This document shows positions 7,620 through 16,600 of a DNA stretch of 64,000 nt, piece by piece. Both the position numbers and the translations under genes were made by a program. Numbering within the stretch: position 1 is the first letter of the stretch; each line of letters begins with the position of its first letter. The notes under the pieces are model-generated. The model was not told where the DNA came from, searched no databases, and was given only the letters and a program-made list of their open reading frames with translations. The DNA comes from a virus, in the IMG/VR virus record IMGVR_UViG_3300045988_075599, positions 1 to 64,000 of that record; one strand, written 5' to 3'.

Positions 7620-8695
7620 AGTTTAACACCTCTCATTCTTTCGTTCCAGTAGTCATAAGCCTTGTATTCCTGCTCGGTCATAATTTCTTCATTACATCCG
7701 TAATCAAACGTACCATTGATGTCATAGTTAGCGGAGTAGCACAGTGGGAGTTTTGTATTACCCATCTGTTTGTTGATTCTAATCTGTCCTTCTCTAAATT
7801 TTCTAAACAATTCTTCATCTACGCCATGGTCAACATCTCCAATAGAGTATTTGTGGTTTGTACTTGTGGCGAACCTGTGGCAAGGATATAGCTTACCATC
7901 CATACCAAGCGTTACCATGAAAGCACCACTACCACAGTAACCGACTTCCATGTTTAGAGACTCTTCTTTGATTGGACGTGGGCGACCGATTGGTCTTACT
8001 TTTGTATATAACTTCCTATGGAAAACAAAGTCAATGACTTTTCTCAGCTGCCTGTAATATTCTTCTGCATCTTCTTTTGTCCAATGTTCTTCATAGATTG
8101 GATTTGCCCACGGCTGAAATCCTAATTGGATTTGGTTAATCAACATATCCCCAAGCATTGGCAACGTGTCTCTGTTCATCGTTCCTTTTACCAAGACCTG
8201 TGCATATCTATGCCTCCACCACTGTAGGTTCTTTAAGATTTCATCATAAGAGCCTTTGCCATCTGGGTGGACTCTATTCATGTCATGTGCTTTCTTACAT
8301 CCATCCAAAGACAATCCAACAGTAATACAAGGATAATCTTCAAGAAACTTCTTTACTTTCGGAATAGAGAATAATGTTCCGTTGGATGTTGTAAAGCACT
8401 GGAACCTGTGTTCTGTAATCCATGGATGTTTAAGTCTTGTCCCGACTTCAACAAACTTATTGATGGCGTGTGCCATCAAGTCCGTTTCCAGTAACGCTTC
8501 TCCACCAATAAAATCCAAGATAATGCTATCAAACTTAGAGTACCTTTTATCAGAATATAAGATATCAATGAACTTATCAATGTTGTCTACAGTATTCTTG
8601 TTGTACTGCTTGTTAGCCTCATAGCAATATTTGCACGCAAGGTTACATTTATCCGTAATAAAAATTGTTGCCGTTAAAGGAATACTTCTTTTCAC
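7616..8695 (-). CDS. radical SAM enzyme, anSME/SPASM-twitch-like peptide-modifying type (rSAM-1)
   Basis: ITDKCNLACKYCYE gives CX3CX2C at aa 17-24. GGEALL-type motif present. C-terminal CGSGAFMVTLGMDGKLYPC gives GX4C. Confidence 0.85.
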   Translation of the reverse strand: MKRSIPLTATIFITDKCNLACKYCYEANKQYNKNTVDNIDKFIDILYSDKRYSKFDSIILDFIGGEALLETDLMAHAINKFVEVGTRLKHPWITEHRFQCFTTSNGTLFSIPKVKKFLEDYPCITVGLSLDGCKKAHDMNRVHPDGKGSYDEILKNLQWWRHRYAQVLVKGTMNRDTLPMLGDMLINQIQLGFQPWANPIYEEHWTKEDAEEYYRQLRKVIDFVFHRKLYTKVRPIGRPRPIKEESLNMEVGYCGSGAFMVTLGMDGKLYPCHRFATSTNHKYSIGDVDHGVDEELFRKFREGQIRINKQMGNTKLPLCYSANYDINGTFDYGCNEEIMTEQEYKAYDYWNERMRGVKL

Positions 8696-10503
8696 TATCT
8701 CACCAGCACTTTCACAAACCCATTGTTCTTCTTTTCAATAACAATCCCGACAGCCTTGTCAGACCAATCTCTTACGGAAATGCCAACACCAGGTTTGCCA
8801 GACGGAACTATATATGAACCAAGGCAAGGGTCATCCAAAACTTTAACAGACACACGCCCAACAAGACATACTGGAATAAACCTCTTCATATTATGCTCTA
8901 CATAGTTTTTTGATGGTTCACCTCCGATTATATGTGCGTAATCACCAGAGACAATACCAGCGATTACTTTATCATCAAGCGTAGCTTTTCTGTACCTACC
9001 AGTGGTAAGGTCTAATGCAACAATATCGCCAACATCAGCGTCATCGCCTCGCTCAAACCACTCTGCGTAGTCGTTATATACAGCGTTAAACACCTTAGCT
9101 CCGACAACATTGCCACTAGCAGAAATACCACCAGTTACCTGAACATCATTCGCGGTAAACAAGTTTGAGTCCAGCGTGTTCGTCTCGAACGACCCTGTTG
9201 TGATGGAGATTGCATTAACTTCACTTGCTGTAATATTTGTTGCAGAGCACTCTGACGTATTTACGGAAGTGGAATCGAGCGTACTGGTAGAAACTTTTTC
9301 TGTGGAAATGTTACCGTCGATAGTAATCTCATGAGTGGTAATCTTTCTTGCAGAAAGATTTTGTGTTGACACATCGTTAGATGTAAGAGTTTTAGAGCAA
9401 ATATTGTTAGCGTGCAAGTCAATACAAGTAGATAGTCCAGAAAATCTATCATTTACAACAGAGATATTTACGGTATCAGACTGCTTAGATTCGCCAAGTA
9501 CATCAAAATACTTGAGGTAAACAGAGAGTGTACTATCCGTTGTATAGTATACGAACTTATCTACAGACGCTCCTACAGAAAACTTCTCTTTGTTGATATA
9601 AATATTTGTACCGTTACCGTACTTTGGAGACTTGAACGACAGTTCAACACAATACCTATCATCGTTTTCATTTTTTGTAACTGTGTAAGTTGGAGCTCCT
9701 GGTGTAGCTAGTTCTGGGAACGAATATGTAGACGAAGATTCAGAAGAGTATTTCTTACTAACACCATAGTTCGCCCCGTAAATAGTACCAGTTCTATTCT
9801 GTGGTACATACAGGTACGAATAGCCTCTGGACTTAACAATTAAGCCAGAGTCAGAACCAAAGTTATTGTCATCATCTCTGATTTCAGTATAGATGTAGTA
9901 TGGACTAGATTGCTGACCCCACTCGATTACAAGTCCATCGGCAGTGGCCGTTGTTGTCAAATACGCAAGTGGAGTTGTTGCTCTAACTTGAATTGGAATA
10001 TACATGACATCGAAAGGAGCTTTGCTTTCGTCAGACCTGTTACCATCATCGGTCACACCAATAACAGAAGCTCTATAAGAATAGCCACTAAGCACATTCT
10101 CGATGGTCAAACTAAAAGCGCCGTTGGCAGATTTGTAAATCTTAGAACCAATTTGGTTCCAGTCTACATTCTGAGAACCTCTAGTTACAGATTGCTGTAA
10201 AGTGACAATCGCGTAACTGTATATACGGGAGCCGTTAAACGTACCTTTATCCCATGTTAGCACAAGATTATACTGGTCGTTGTCTAGCTCATACCTCATA
10301 GAGAAGTTGCCCAACTGGTTACTAATAGTACCAGCAGTTCCTTGAGAGCCGTTACCACCACCACCGCTACCTGTGCCAGCGTATGTTGCGATATAGTCAA
10401 GGGTTTTTCTCACCGCATCGGAAAACTTACGTCCATCGCCCTGGCTATCTGTAGGGATAGATGCGACTAGCTGTGCGGCTTGTTTGTTAAAATCTGTAGC
10501 CAT
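8695..10503 (-). CDS. tail spike / fibre with putative C-terminal intramolecular-chaperone (autoproteolytic) domain
   Basis: 602 aa. Beta-rich, FN3-like N-terminal two thirds. The C-terminal NDYAEWFERGDD...GDIV... resembles the cleavage region of phi29-type appendage and endosialidase chaperone domains, from memory. Confidence 0.6.
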   Translation of the reverse strand: MATDFNKQAAQLVASIPTDSQGDGRKFSDAVRKTLDYIATYAGTGSGGGGNGSQGTAGTISNQLGNFSMRYELDNDQYNLVLTWDKGTFNGSRIYSYAIVTLQQSVTRGSQNVDWNQIGSKIYKSANGAFSLTIENVLSGYSYRASVIGVTDDGNRSDESKAPFDVMYIPIQVRATTPLAYLTTTATADGLVIEWGQQSSPYYIYTEIRDDDNNFGSDSGLIVKSRGYSYLYVPQNRTGTIYGANYGVSKKYSSESSSTYSFPELATPGAPTYTVTKNENDDRYCVELSFKSPKYGNGTNIYINKEKFSVGASVDKFVYYTTDSTLSVYLKYFDVLGESKQSDTVNISVVNDRFSGLSTCIDLHANNICSKTLTSNDVSTQNLSARKITTHEITIDGNISTEKVSTSTLDSTSVNTSECSATNITASEVNAISITTGSFETNTLDSNLFTANDVQVTGGISASGNVVGAKVFNAVYNDYAEWFERGDDADVGDIVALDLTTGRYRKATLDDKVIAGIVSGDYAHIIGGEPSKNYVEHNMKRFIPVCLVGRVSVKVLDDPCLGSYIVPSGKPGVGISVRDWSDKAVGIVIEKKNNGFVKVLVR

Positions 10504-10511
10504 TTCTCACC

Positions 10512-11018
10512 TCACGTAGGAAGCATCTTACCAATGCTAGTAGCGAAATCCATTTCAGAACCCATGTCGAACCCATGGTTTTGCATAGCCAAAGAAATAA
10601 CAATCTGGGCAAGCAGATTTACTAAGGCAGGTTTCATAAAATGAGAGCCTGGCAGTAATTCATCGGACAGCTCACCTACTCTTGGTGGCTGCTTCCAATA
10701 CCTAAAAGTGCATGGCAAATCCCCATAACACACAACCTTATCTCCATCCCTATATACTGGCGGTACACCTGTTGGAGTCCCATAATCTTTTGGAATGTAT
10801 TCCTCTTTGCTATCCATCGTAAGCCAGCCAGCGGCTTCGTCATAATCTTTTTGAATCATGACTTGCCATACCATATTGATTGCATCATTGATATAGGCAA
10901 TCAATTCTTGGTCTGTGTATGCAATTTCAGAGGCATCAGCAATTCTTTCTTTAATCGCGAATCTCTGAATAAACTTTTCGACGGTCATGTTCTGAAGATA
11001 GTCTGGTTTCTCAGCCAT
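10512..11018 (-). CDS. head-tail connector/adaptor-like protein (paralog 3)
   Basis: 168 aa. Carries the YTDQELIAYINDAINMV motif shared with the two upstream genes. Positioned between capsid and tail spike. Confidence 0.45.
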   Translation of the reverse strand: MAEKPDYLQNMTVEKFIQRFAIKERIADASEIAYTDQELIAYINDAINMVWQVMIQKDYDEAAGWLTMDSKEEYIPKDYGTPTGVPPVYRDGDKVVCYGDLPCTFRYWKQPPRVGELSDELLPGSHFMKPALVNLLAQIVISLAMQNHGFDMGSEMDFATSIGKMLPT

Positions 11019-11476
11019 TAGCTACCAGCCCCCTGTCCCTGTTGCACTTGCTGCCCTTGCATGGGGTCTGCCTCAAGGACAGTGGCATCAATAAGGCGTT
11101 TAAGCTGCCAATCTCTATAGAACTGAACTTTGTCTGTCAGAAGCTTAATCTTCGGACGCATAGCGAAATATCGAACAATCATAGGGCATGGATACTCTTG
11201 GTCTAACAATTCCATATTTACCGTCTCCCCTTCTTCAGTAAAGGCGATAGGGTACTGTCCTACAAACTCAATAAAATCACTTGGGCGCTCCATTGTCTGT
11301 CCAGCTTCAATCTGAAACTCTTTAACAAATTCTGGAGTTTTACTATCCGAACATTCAAGAGACACCGTATCAATGGCGTTGTTAAGGCAATAGATGAGTT
11401 CTTCGTCAGAGTATTTCAACTTAGACATATCGTTAAGTTTCTGACGTACCTTAATCAGTAGTTGGTTTACTGTCAT
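11018..11476 (-). CDS. head-tail connector/adaptor-like protein (paralog 2)
   Basis: 152 aa. Carries the YSDEELIYCLNNAIDTV motif. Confidence 0.45.
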   Translation of the reverse strand: MTVNQLLIKVRQKLNDMSKLKYSDEELIYCLNNAIDTVSLECSDSKTPEFVKEFQIEAGQTMERPSDFIEFVGQYPIAFTEEGETVNMELLDQEYPCPMIVRYFAMRPKIKLLTDKVQFYRDWQLKRLIDATVLEADPMQGQQVQQGQGAGS

Positions 11477-11488
11477 TCAATCACCCCT

Positions 11489-12022
11489 TTACAAATAGAA
11501 TGGAAGTTCTCTTGTGATTTCATAGTCATTGGCTTGGCTATTAGTCTCAGCGGCAACGGCATTAGCGATGTCATCGTCGGAGATAGAGCCATTGATATAG
11601 CCAATACATAATCTAACCAAGAGAAGATAAAAGAAATAAGGAAGTTCAATGATTTCATCCAAGTGATGAATCAATGGGACATGTCTAAAATAAATCATAG
11701 TGTCATCGGTGTCGGTATAAATCTTTGTACCACGGATGTGCCACTTAATCTTCTTACGTTCACCTTCCGACAGCTCTTCATCAGACAGCCACCCAGAGAA
11801 GTTGATATAATCGTCTGGTAACTCTACGCCATACTTACGTGCTTTAACGGTTACTTCCTTTTTAACATACGGAGAGTCAAGCCGAACAAGTTCAAGATTC
11901 ACATATGTTAGTACATGGTTAATAGCTGTCACAAGTTCTTCATCAGAGTGACTACGATTATACAATTCGTTGAGTCCCATCAGGATGTCATTGGACAACC
12001 TTCTTGCACGAATGTACTCCAT
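11489..12022 (-). CDS. head-tail connector/adaptor-like protein (paralog 1)
   Basis: 177 aa with an AAGGAGG SD. Carries the HSDEELVTAINHVLTYV motif. Confidence 0.45.
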   Translation of the reverse strand: MEYIRARRLSNDILMGLNELYNRSHSDEELVTAINHVLTYVNLELVRLDSPYVKKEVTVKARKYGVELPDDYINFSGWLSDEELSEGERKKIKWHIRGTKIYTDTDDTMIYFRHVPLIHHLDEIIELPYFFYLLLVRLCIGYINGSISDDDIANAVAAETNSQANDYEITRELPFYL

Positions 12023-12031
12023 AATTCCTCC

Positions 12032-12343
12032 TTACATGTGGTCAACTGTCATAAACTCTGGGTTGTCCTTCAGCCACTGTTTGATATATTTGTTGAAGCT
12101 CTCGTGGTCGCCACACGCCATAGCTTCTTTAGCACACTGGAGTGTAAGCTCCGTCGGGTCGTTCCAGCATTCATAAGGGATACGCCCCAGCCTTCGACCA
12201 CCTTTGTGCTTCCCGAGATACGGGTCTTTCTTTCTATCCTCGTAGCAGGAACGCATAATATCAGTTGCATCCCAAGTATTAGTCAGTGACCAGTTACCGT
12301 GTTTATCGACATCAACGTCTTGTCTTACAATGTTATTACTCAT
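12032..12343 (-). CDS. hypothetical protein downstream of capsid gene
   Basis: Track ORF trimmed to the ATG at 12343 (AAAGGAGA SD). 103 aa. Confidence 0.5.
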   Translation of the reverse strand: MSNNIVRQDVDVDKHGNWSLTNTWDATDIMRSCYEDRKKDPYLGKHKGGRRLGRIPYECWNDPTELTLQCAKEAMACGDHESFNKYIKQWLKDNPEFMTVDHM

Positions 12344-12412
12344 GTTATCTCCTTTTGATATAAGAAAAAAGGGGAGCCATAGGCTCCCCAATCTTCTACA
12401 CGAGAACCTCCG

Positions 12413-13374
12413 TTACGGTGCAACGGTTGGAGTAATAGTCTCCACAACAACTGGTTTCGGATTAACCTTACCAGTCAGGTTCTTAATACGAGCGTTAGCA
12501 TTCGGTGCGGTGCATTCGATAGATGCTACGCCAGTGATTACCTTTTCCTTGTAAGTACCGACTCTCGGCGGTTCTTCAGTATGGAACGGAATAAGGTAGC
12601 CAAGTTTCCAATACTGCGGGTCGAGCAGGTCAACCACATCGTCAGAGTACATACGATGGGCTTCCAGACGAAGAGAACCAAAGTCAGTCTCGATGATTTC
12701 GAGAGAGGTGGTAATACTCTTGTCACCTGCCTGACGAATCGGCAGTGCACCCTGAGTGAAATCAGCGCATCCGCGTTTGTTACGTGCGGACATAATAGCG
12801 ACGGTCGGGTCGCCACCACGCTGCCAAGTCAGCTGCATTGCATCGTTCAGAAGGTCGAACGTAAGGTTGCCCTTAGCGACATCCTTTGCTGCATCAATGC
12901 AGTTCTGGAAGGTGAGGGAAGTCATCGCACTCTCTTCAACCTTACCTTCACCAGAGGAGACACCATGACCATTCGCGTCATACTTGACGGAGTTCATAGC
13001 ACCTTCTGGACTATCGTACAGGTAGAACGTATTAGCGTCCTTAACTGCTACGTAGTAGGCAACGTTTTCTTTACATTCGGTACCACCACGAACAATGAGG
13101 GCATCGCCGTTTACAAAGCCGTGGTCGTTCAGAGTGAACACACCAGCAGCTACGGAAGCACCTTTCAGTTCATCTTCAAGGAAGTACGGGATACCACCGA
13201 AAGTACCAGCAACGTTTTCAGACATCGGGGTTGCAGTGGTGTTGTTGACGATAGCGTATTCAAGGTCTCCTGCGATTTCCTTACCAGCCTTAACGAACTG
13301 GTACGCTACTTCATCACGAACGCCGTACTTCTTGATAGCCTGAGTGATATCAGAGATGTTATCATTTGTGTTAG
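12413..13374 (-). CDS. major capsid protein (HK97-fold-like), exon 2
   Basis: The frame is open up to 13375, upstream of the track ATG, and encodes ...NTNDNISDITQAIKKYGVRDEVAYQFVKAGKEIAGDLEYAIV, which reads as capsid sequence. There is no SD before the ATG at 13225. The C-terminal part reads like an HK97-fold A/P-domain. Same reading phase as exon 1. Confidence 0.7.
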
Positions 13375-14130
13375 CTCATACTTTCATATGAGATCAGACT
13401 ATATTATACTTAATCGGTGTTATCGTATAGTCGTTGGGATTTCATACGCTTTTCACGGTAATTATTTAACCTTTTCTGTTTGCGAACAATATTAAACTTT
13501 AGACCAGATTCTATAAATGACTTTAGGTTCATAGTGAAACTCAGTTGTACTTTGTTTTTGGTTTGTATTTCTCTTGTCTTTCCACACGACACACCAAAGG
13601 ACTGTAGCATCCTTTTTATGTCATATGTCCAAGAGTATGTAGTTCCGTACCCCATCATCCAATTTGTATTACCATTTGGATTGGAACGTTGCGAGACCCA
13701 ACCATCAGAATCAAGTACGCCTTCTAAGAACTCTTTCTTTAACTCCTTGCTCCATTGATACACATAATCTGGGATGTATCTACATCCAGCAGTGTCGTCA
13801 ACGAATACCTTAAATTCTTTAGAACATACTTGAAGGTAGTATTTATTAGTCCCTGCTCTTTGGTGGACTCTCACATCTCTATTGATAAAACATGATAGGT
13901 AATCAGCAACTTTATCAATAAACTCTTTATCAATACATTCAAATGAGTATGCGTAGGTGCTTCCTCTTTTGAAAACACTAGCATCTCCAAAGTAACAACC
14001 AAGTAAATAAGCGTATGTCTTATCTGCGGGTTTCCTATTCATAATACATATCCTTTCTATTTTTACACTTTGGTAAGAAAGACTTTAAGGGTTTCCTGCA
14101 TATGGATAACTTTGAGACGGGCAAACATTT
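13375..14130 (-). mobile_element. putative group I intron carrying a LAGLIDADG homing endonuclease, inserted in the capsid gene
   Basis: Exon-1 end ACGGGU can pair with GCCCGU 8 nt downstream, giving a P1-like helix with a U.G wobble at the junction. A G at 13375 sits just before the point where joining restores the frame (..MHG-S-NTNDN..). Boundaries are a model only. Confidence 0.55.
13410..14042 (-). CDS. LAGLIDADG homing endonuclease (double-motif)
   Basis: 210 aa with motifs YLLGCYFGDASV and FLEGVLDSDGWV. Has its own SD and a different frame from the flanking capsid exons. Confidence 0.8.
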   Translation of the reverse strand: MNRKPADKTYAYLLGCYFGDASVFKRGSTYAYSFECIDKEFIDKVADYLSCFINRDVRVHQRAGTNKYYLQVCSKEFKVFVDDTAGCRYIPDYVYQWSKELKKEFLEGVLDSDGWVSQRSNPNGNTNWMMGYGTTYSWTYDIKRMLQSFGVSCGKTREIQTKNKVQLSFTMNLKSFIESGLKFNIVRKQKRLNNYREKRMKSQRLYDNTD

Positions 14131-14437
14131 ACCCGTGCATGAACTGCTGAACGGTATTGTACATCCAACGTCTCGGCACGGTTTCCGTGGTATCGAAGTT
14201 GATAACTTCAGGATGTTTGTTTACCATTGCCGGACGGAGGGAGTCTCTCAGCCATTCATGTTTGGTGGATACTACAGACGTTTTACCAAACATCTGAGTA
14301 AGTTTAGTTTTATCTGGGTCGAGGTTGGTAATGAAATCGGACATATCTCTAACAGTACCAACGACGTTATAAGAGCGAAGGGCAGAACCTTTATTATGCG
14401 GGGCTGCTGCACCTGTAGCTGGCATACCTACTGCCAT
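14131..14437 (-). CDS. major capsid protein, exon 1
   Basis: MAVGMPATGAAAPHNKG...LTQMFGKTSVVSTKHEWLRDSL.. is a typical capsid N-terminal region. GAGAGG SD. The ORF stop at 14129 is read as intron sequence in the splice model. Confidence 0.7.
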
Positions 14438-14460
14438 TGAGTTATTACCTCTCTTTCAAT

Positions 14461-15540
14461 TTATACGCCAAGCTCTTTCGCAAACCTAGATACGTATGCC
14501 GCCTGTTGGTCATTAGTCATCTGACCAAGCGCAGCGTAGTCCATTGTTTTCTGTGCCTGTGGCATTGCACCACGGTTATTTGTCGGTTCGACATACGGTG
14601 GACGTACCTGCGGCTGGACAGGCCGAGGCATAGGCTGCGGAGCTTGCTGTGGCTGGTTGCCACGATGATAATACATATTCGATACGGCCTGCATATAATT
14701 GTCAAGCACTTCCGCGTTACCAGTCTTGAGAGCGTCCTGTACTTCCACGTACATTTTGTACGGGAGATTCTGGAGGCTACTTAGAGCAAGCTGGTTAATT
14801 GTGTCGAAGTTGGGGTCTTGTCTATACTTAGCAGTAACCGATGCAATTCTCTGAGAAGCAGCTGCCTTTTCAGCTTCCTGCTGCTTCATCTCATTAACCC
14901 TCTGGAGGGTGGCTGCTTTGACATTACCAACTTCGTTGACATATGCTGCCATATGTTTACTGTTGTACTCGTCAAAATCTTCACCAAAGAGCTGTTTAAC
15001 TCGGTCTTTGCAATACGTATCAACCTGGTCGAGGTATGCTCTCTGGTCAGCCATAGCGCGCTGCTGTACTTCTTCTGGGGACATCTGCGGCTGCTGGGGC
15101 TGAACATTCTGGGGTTGAGGGTTGTTCGCAAACTGCTGCATCATCATCTGTCGCTGCTGTTCGAGAGCCTGACGCTGAGCTGCGAGTTCCTGTGTCTTCC
15201 TAGTATAATCAGCCTGTCGCATATAACCATTACGCATTTCATCCATAGAAACCTGTACGTCCTGTCCATCTACGCGGACAGTCTGCAGTTCTGGCTGTGG
15301 TACATTCTGCGGCGGTTCTGGGACGGGTTCTGGTTCATCATCATAATCGCCCATTGGCTCTCCAAAGAAAGCATCAGCGAAAGTGATGTCACCATTATCG
15401 TCAATACCAAATGCAGGTTCGTCAGCGTCATCGCCCTGTGGTGCAGTCTGCACGTCTGGATTATCTACTGGTGCAGGTGTTGCAGGAATAGGTTCCTGAG
15501 CTGGTTCTGGCATTGGTATTCCGTTCTGCATATCTTCCAT
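14461..15540 (-). CDS. scaffolding-like protein (Q/P/E-rich)
   Basis: Track ORF trimmed to the ATG at 15540 (AAAGGAGGA SD); the track extension overlaps the tRNA. Q/P-rich, coiled-coil-like, and sits immediately upstream of the capsid gene. Confidence 0.6.
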   Translation of the reverse strand: MEDMQNGIPMPEPAQEPIPATPAPVDNPDVQTAPQGDDADEPAFGIDDNGDITFADAFFGEPMGDYDDEPEPVPEPPQNVPQPELQTVRVDGQDVQVSMDEMRNGYMRQADYTRKTQELAAQRQALEQQRQMMMQQFANNPQPQNVQPQQPQMSPEEVQQRAMADQRAYLDQVDTYCKDRVKQLFGEDFDEYNSKHMAAYVNEVGNVKAATLQRVNEMKQQEAEKAAASQRIASVTAKYRQDPNFDTINQLALSSLQNLPYKMYVEVQDALKTGNAEVLDNYMQAVSNMYYHRGNQPQQAPQPMPRPVQPQVRPPYVEPTNNRGAMPQAQKTMDYAALGQMTNDQQAAYVSRFAKELGV

Positions 15541-15657
15541 AAAGTCCTCCTTTTGCACTCCGTAAAGGTTGGTGCAATAAAATATATATACGTCAATAGC
15601 CATGCAAAATTTGTTCGTTAAATAACGAGGTTTTGCACGGTTTTGACGAAAACTAAC

Positions 15658-15733
15658 TGGCACGGGTTGCTGGAATCGAACCAGCGTATTGTAGGGTCAA
15701 AGCCTACCGCCTTCACCGCTTGGCTAAACCCGT
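15658..15733 (-). tRNA. tRNA-Gln: tRNA-Gln (anticodon UUG), CCA encoded
   Basis: Hand fold: acceptor ACGGGUU/AACCCGU, D arm GCC-AAGCGGUGAA-GGC, anticodon arm GUAGG-CUUUGAC-CCUAC, T arm GCUGG-UUCGAUU-CCAGC, discriminator G, CCA. Confidence 0.85.
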
Positions 15734-15754
15734 ATCACTATTTGTATAAGAAAA

Positions 15755-16600
15755 CTAACGCCTACGCAAAGACTCCTCGTATGCACGCACACGGTCTCTC
15801 AAAGAGTTAATATAAGCAGTAGCTTCGTCACTAGCCTTTCCATAATATGGTTGCGGAGCGTCGTTATAACCCTGACTATCGAGCTGATAATAATCAGCAG
15901 CACTAGGCTGCGCAGAGGAATAGTCCATAGAGTAATAATCTGCAACGGATGGGCCAGTCATATCGAAGCCACCAGTAGAACCAGAGTCGTCAGGTACACC
16001 AAGTGCCGTAGCATCCTGAGCAGCTGCTTGACCATAGTTCTGTCGCATAGCCATTTCATACTCCATCTGCTTACGACGTTTTTCCCTTTCATACGCTTCA
16101 TACTCTGCCTGTGTATGGTCAATACCACCGTTGTCACTAAGGTATTTATGGAAACCCCAGTTCACTCCTGTATTATCGCGGTTAGCAATTTGTTCATCTG
16201 TCCACCCTGCATCTTTCATGAGCTGGATGCCTTTATCGTTGATAGTATCACCAGTGTTGGCATACGTCAGCGGTGCATTAGGAGTTTCAGACGGCAGAGT
16301 ACGTGTAGCAAATTCATAAGAACCTGCTGCTGGTGTCGGCTTCAGTTGCTGGCCAGAGTCGATAGCTGCCCTGCCACGGTTAGCAGACTGTACCCAAGCG
16401 TTGCTATCATCGTGAAGCGGAGCTGAGAACTTATTACGAAGCCGTTCTCGTTCCTTGTCATATTCAGACATAGGGGCATCCGACTGTGCGTCTGGCTGTC
16501 TGCCAGCTGCGATGTTATAAGAATTGGCGAGAGCTGTAGCCGCCTGATCTCTCTGGACGTTATCTTGTCGAGGAATACGCCTCGTGTAATTGATTGCCAT
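15755..16600 (-). CDS. hypothetical head-module protein
   Basis: 281 aa. GGAGG SD, with the ATG overlapping the portal stop. Low-complexity and acidic; no motif recognised. Confidence 0.55.
   Translation of the reverse strand: MAINYTRRIPRQDNVQRDQAATALANSYNIAAGRQPDAQSDAPMSEYDKERERLRNKFSAPLHDDSNAWVQSANRGRAAIDSGQQLKPTPAAGSYEFATRTLPSETPNAPLTYANTGDTINDKGIQLMKDAGWTDEQIANRDNTGVNWGFHKYLSDNGGIDHTQAEYEAYEREKRRKQMEYEMAMRQNYGQAAAQDATALGVPDDSGSTGGFDMTGPSVADYYSMDYSSAQPSAADYYQLDSQGYNDAPQPYYGKASDEATAYINSLRDRVRAYEESLRRR

Noticed and set aside
15541-15663. N-terminal extension of track ORF 14461..15663
   Set aside because: It overlaps the tRNA-Gln 3' end and has no SD. The ATG at 15540 follows AAAGGAGGA.
15658-15733. 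Suppressor tRNA or stop-codon reassignment
   Set aside because: The anticodon reads UUG (a normal Gln). Long ORFs are intact under the standard code, with all three stops used as terminators.
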